From contig JANNWY010000177.1 in NCBI GenBank assembly GCA_031409335.1, positions 1-21,216 on the forward strand: a DNA stretch of 21,216 bases. The letters are read 5' to 3'. Each line of letters opens with the position of its first letter. The stretch's first letter is position 1. Both the position numbers and the translations under genes were made by a program. The stretch is from Chthoniobacteraceae bacterium (GTDB lineage Bacteria > Verrucomicrobiota > Verrucomicrobiia > Chthoniobacterales > Chthoniobacteraceae). This document shows, in pieces, positions 19,501 through 21,216 of this stretch. The notes beneath the pieces were generated by a model that saw only the letters and a program-made list of their open reading frames with translations, did no database searches and was not told the origin of the DNA.

Positions 19501-21102
19501 CCCGATATGCTCGCGACGAGCGTTCCCGACGACTGGGCGCCTTGGGAGGACGATGTGCAGGGAGCGGTGGGCATGTCGGCCACGGCCTATTTGCGAGCCG
19601 ACCCGGAGCTCGAGTTGCCCGAAATCATGGCTGGCGACTTGAACTACGTGGCACGGCCAAGCGGGGGCGACGAATACCGGCGGATAACCTTCCGCCGCCG
19701 CGGCGGCGTCCAGGAGTATTTCCCCGACAAGCGCGCCCGGCCTGGCCCACTCAGCCGGTCCTCGCTGGTAGTAACGGTCCCCGAGGAGCCCTTCGCCGTC
19801 CCGCCCGTGCTGCCCCGCACCTTCGTGTGGAAAAACGACGGCACGCAAATCCAACCCGCCATTCCAGTGAGCGTTCCGCTCGATACGCGCACCACCCCGC
19901 CCGTGCGGCTTTCCCTCGATCCCAAAGCCATCAATGACAGCAACCAACTCGTCGGTGCCATCCGCAACGCCTGGGAAGACCCAGAGGTGGAAATCACCGA
20001 CCCCAACGTACCTAGTGGAAAGCGTACGGGCCGCGGCTATTTCGGCTTCTATTGGAACCCGGATGAGGAAACGAACATAAAGGTTTTCCACGACCTCCTC
20101 CCGGGGAAGTTCCGGAAGCAGCTTAGATCAGCCGTTCCGTTCTTAATTACCAACGAAGACCCCGCGACTAACATAACGAAGATTACGTTCTCCGCGGAAA
20201 GCTGGGAGGGAGAGGGGGAATCGGGAGCCTGGAAGCCACGAACCGGCTCGATGGAAATGACTGCGGCCAGCGGCGGCCAGCCTGCCAAGACCTTTGTGCG
20301 GCTCATGGATACTCTCCGGCCTCGCGCCGACGACGGTTCCGCAGAAGGCGATCCACCGGCCATCTCACCGGCGGGCCGCAACATCAAGGATGTGATGGTC
20401 CAAGGAACCCCGATGACCACCCCGGAGGGCGAGATCATAATCCCGCTGTTGTCGGAGGTGGAGGTTCTGGTGAAGAAGAACCGCAATCTCCTTGATCCCT
20501 TTCCAGCCGGACCGGAATGGCCTTCCTACCAGCAAACGGATTTCCAAGGGCTGAGGATCGGCACGCTGAGTCATTCGTTTTCGGGCCTTACCCCGGCCGC
20601 CGACTGTATCGTCCTTGATGCAGATCAGTTCATCGTGAAAGTGAGCCTGCCGGATAAAAAGGGAATTGCGGGAGGCAAGGTGAGTGCGTGGATTTCGACG
20701 AAAAGCCCTCCCAATCCTCTTGGACCCAGGACCATGTGGGATGACGACGAGACGGAAATTGAAATGATCGAGAAGCCGGGTGGCTCGGGCATCTTCTATT
20801 CCGCCCGCCAAATGCTCGTGGCCGACGATGTGGACGACAAAGCTGCGGTCCAAGCTGTATGGGAAGGCGGACCGACCATCAATATCGCGCAGAATGCCGA
20901 TAACATTAAGAACGACCCGACGCACAAGATTGCCTTAGGCGGATGGGTCTATCTGAAGCTCCCCGATCGGCCTACTGCGGGAGCAATCGCGCAGGTTCCC
21001 ATTGAAAAGGTCGTTAAGGTCGAGCCAGTGATCTTGAGAGGGGGCAGTGGAGGCTTTGTAGTCGCGGTAAACACGATTCGGGGATTGCTCAGTAGGTATT
21101 GA
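16535..21102 (+). pseudogene. Large secreted/surface protein (degenerate repeats, FN3, TSP3-like motif), frameshifted at the 5' end and IS-truncated at the 3' end; main ORF 16630-21102
   Basis: 1490-aa ORF with an in-frame signal-peptide-like sequence upstream of 16630 that has no start codon. FN3 at ~18535-18825 (LVQW..FIIER..SYFD..YRVRA..SAPSN) and DNDSDGVVDTDDRYPDD. The stop codon lies within the IS end. Confidence 0.75.
16551..16560 (+). repeat. C10 homopolymer tract at the frameshift site
   Basis: Ten consecutive C, 16 nt after the ATG at 16535. Confidence 0.95.
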
Positions 21103-21216
21103 TTATGATTTTGTGAGCAGGTAAAAGAGGATGCTGGCGGCGAGATTGGCGAGTTTCTTGGTGTAGCAATGGGTCTTGCGGCGCAGGCGGGCGAGGTAAA
21201 CGCGCAGGCGGTTGTT
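21081..21216 (-). mobile_element. IS1-family insertion sequence, right end (partial)
   Basis: Terminal GGGATTGCTCAGTAGGTAT resembles IS1-family GGnnnTG ends and lies just past the transposase stop. Confidence 0.75.
21103..21216 (-). CDS. IS1-family transposase (InsB-like) C-terminus, partial
   Basis: NNRLRVYLARLRRKTHCYTKKLANLAASILFYLLTKS* matches the IS1 LRxxLARLxRKTxCYSK motif. Not listed in the ORF track. Confidence 0.85.
   Translation of the reverse strand, partial: NNRLRVYLARLRRKTHCYTKKLANLAASILFYLLTKS

Overview
High-GC bacterial DNA. The gene repertoire, the PGNLR-type EF-P, SD-less starts and 7-bp intergenic repeats suggest Verrucomicrobia/PVC; this is an inference. Positions 1-16050 hold mostly ordinary genes: a 5'-truncated coiled-coil protein, a minus-strand three-gene operon (DUF4175-like membrane protein, DUF4159 protein with CCCC, UshA-like/tetraheme cytochrome c fusion), a dienelactone hydrolase, ybeY-hypothetical-clpS-DUF2017, a probable GH51 remnant, alr, a secreted Lys/Pro-rich protein, an esterase, a histidine kinase and OmpR-type regulator separated by a heptamer hairpin, and efp. 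The right end holds a >1490-aa surface-type protein with about six unfamiliar degenerate repeats, an FN3 domain and a TSP3-like motif. Its signal peptide is cut off from the likely start codon by a frameshift in a C10 tract (phase variation or sequencing error), and its 3' end is interrupted by an IS1-family element running off the window. Family calls come from motif recognition, not database searches.
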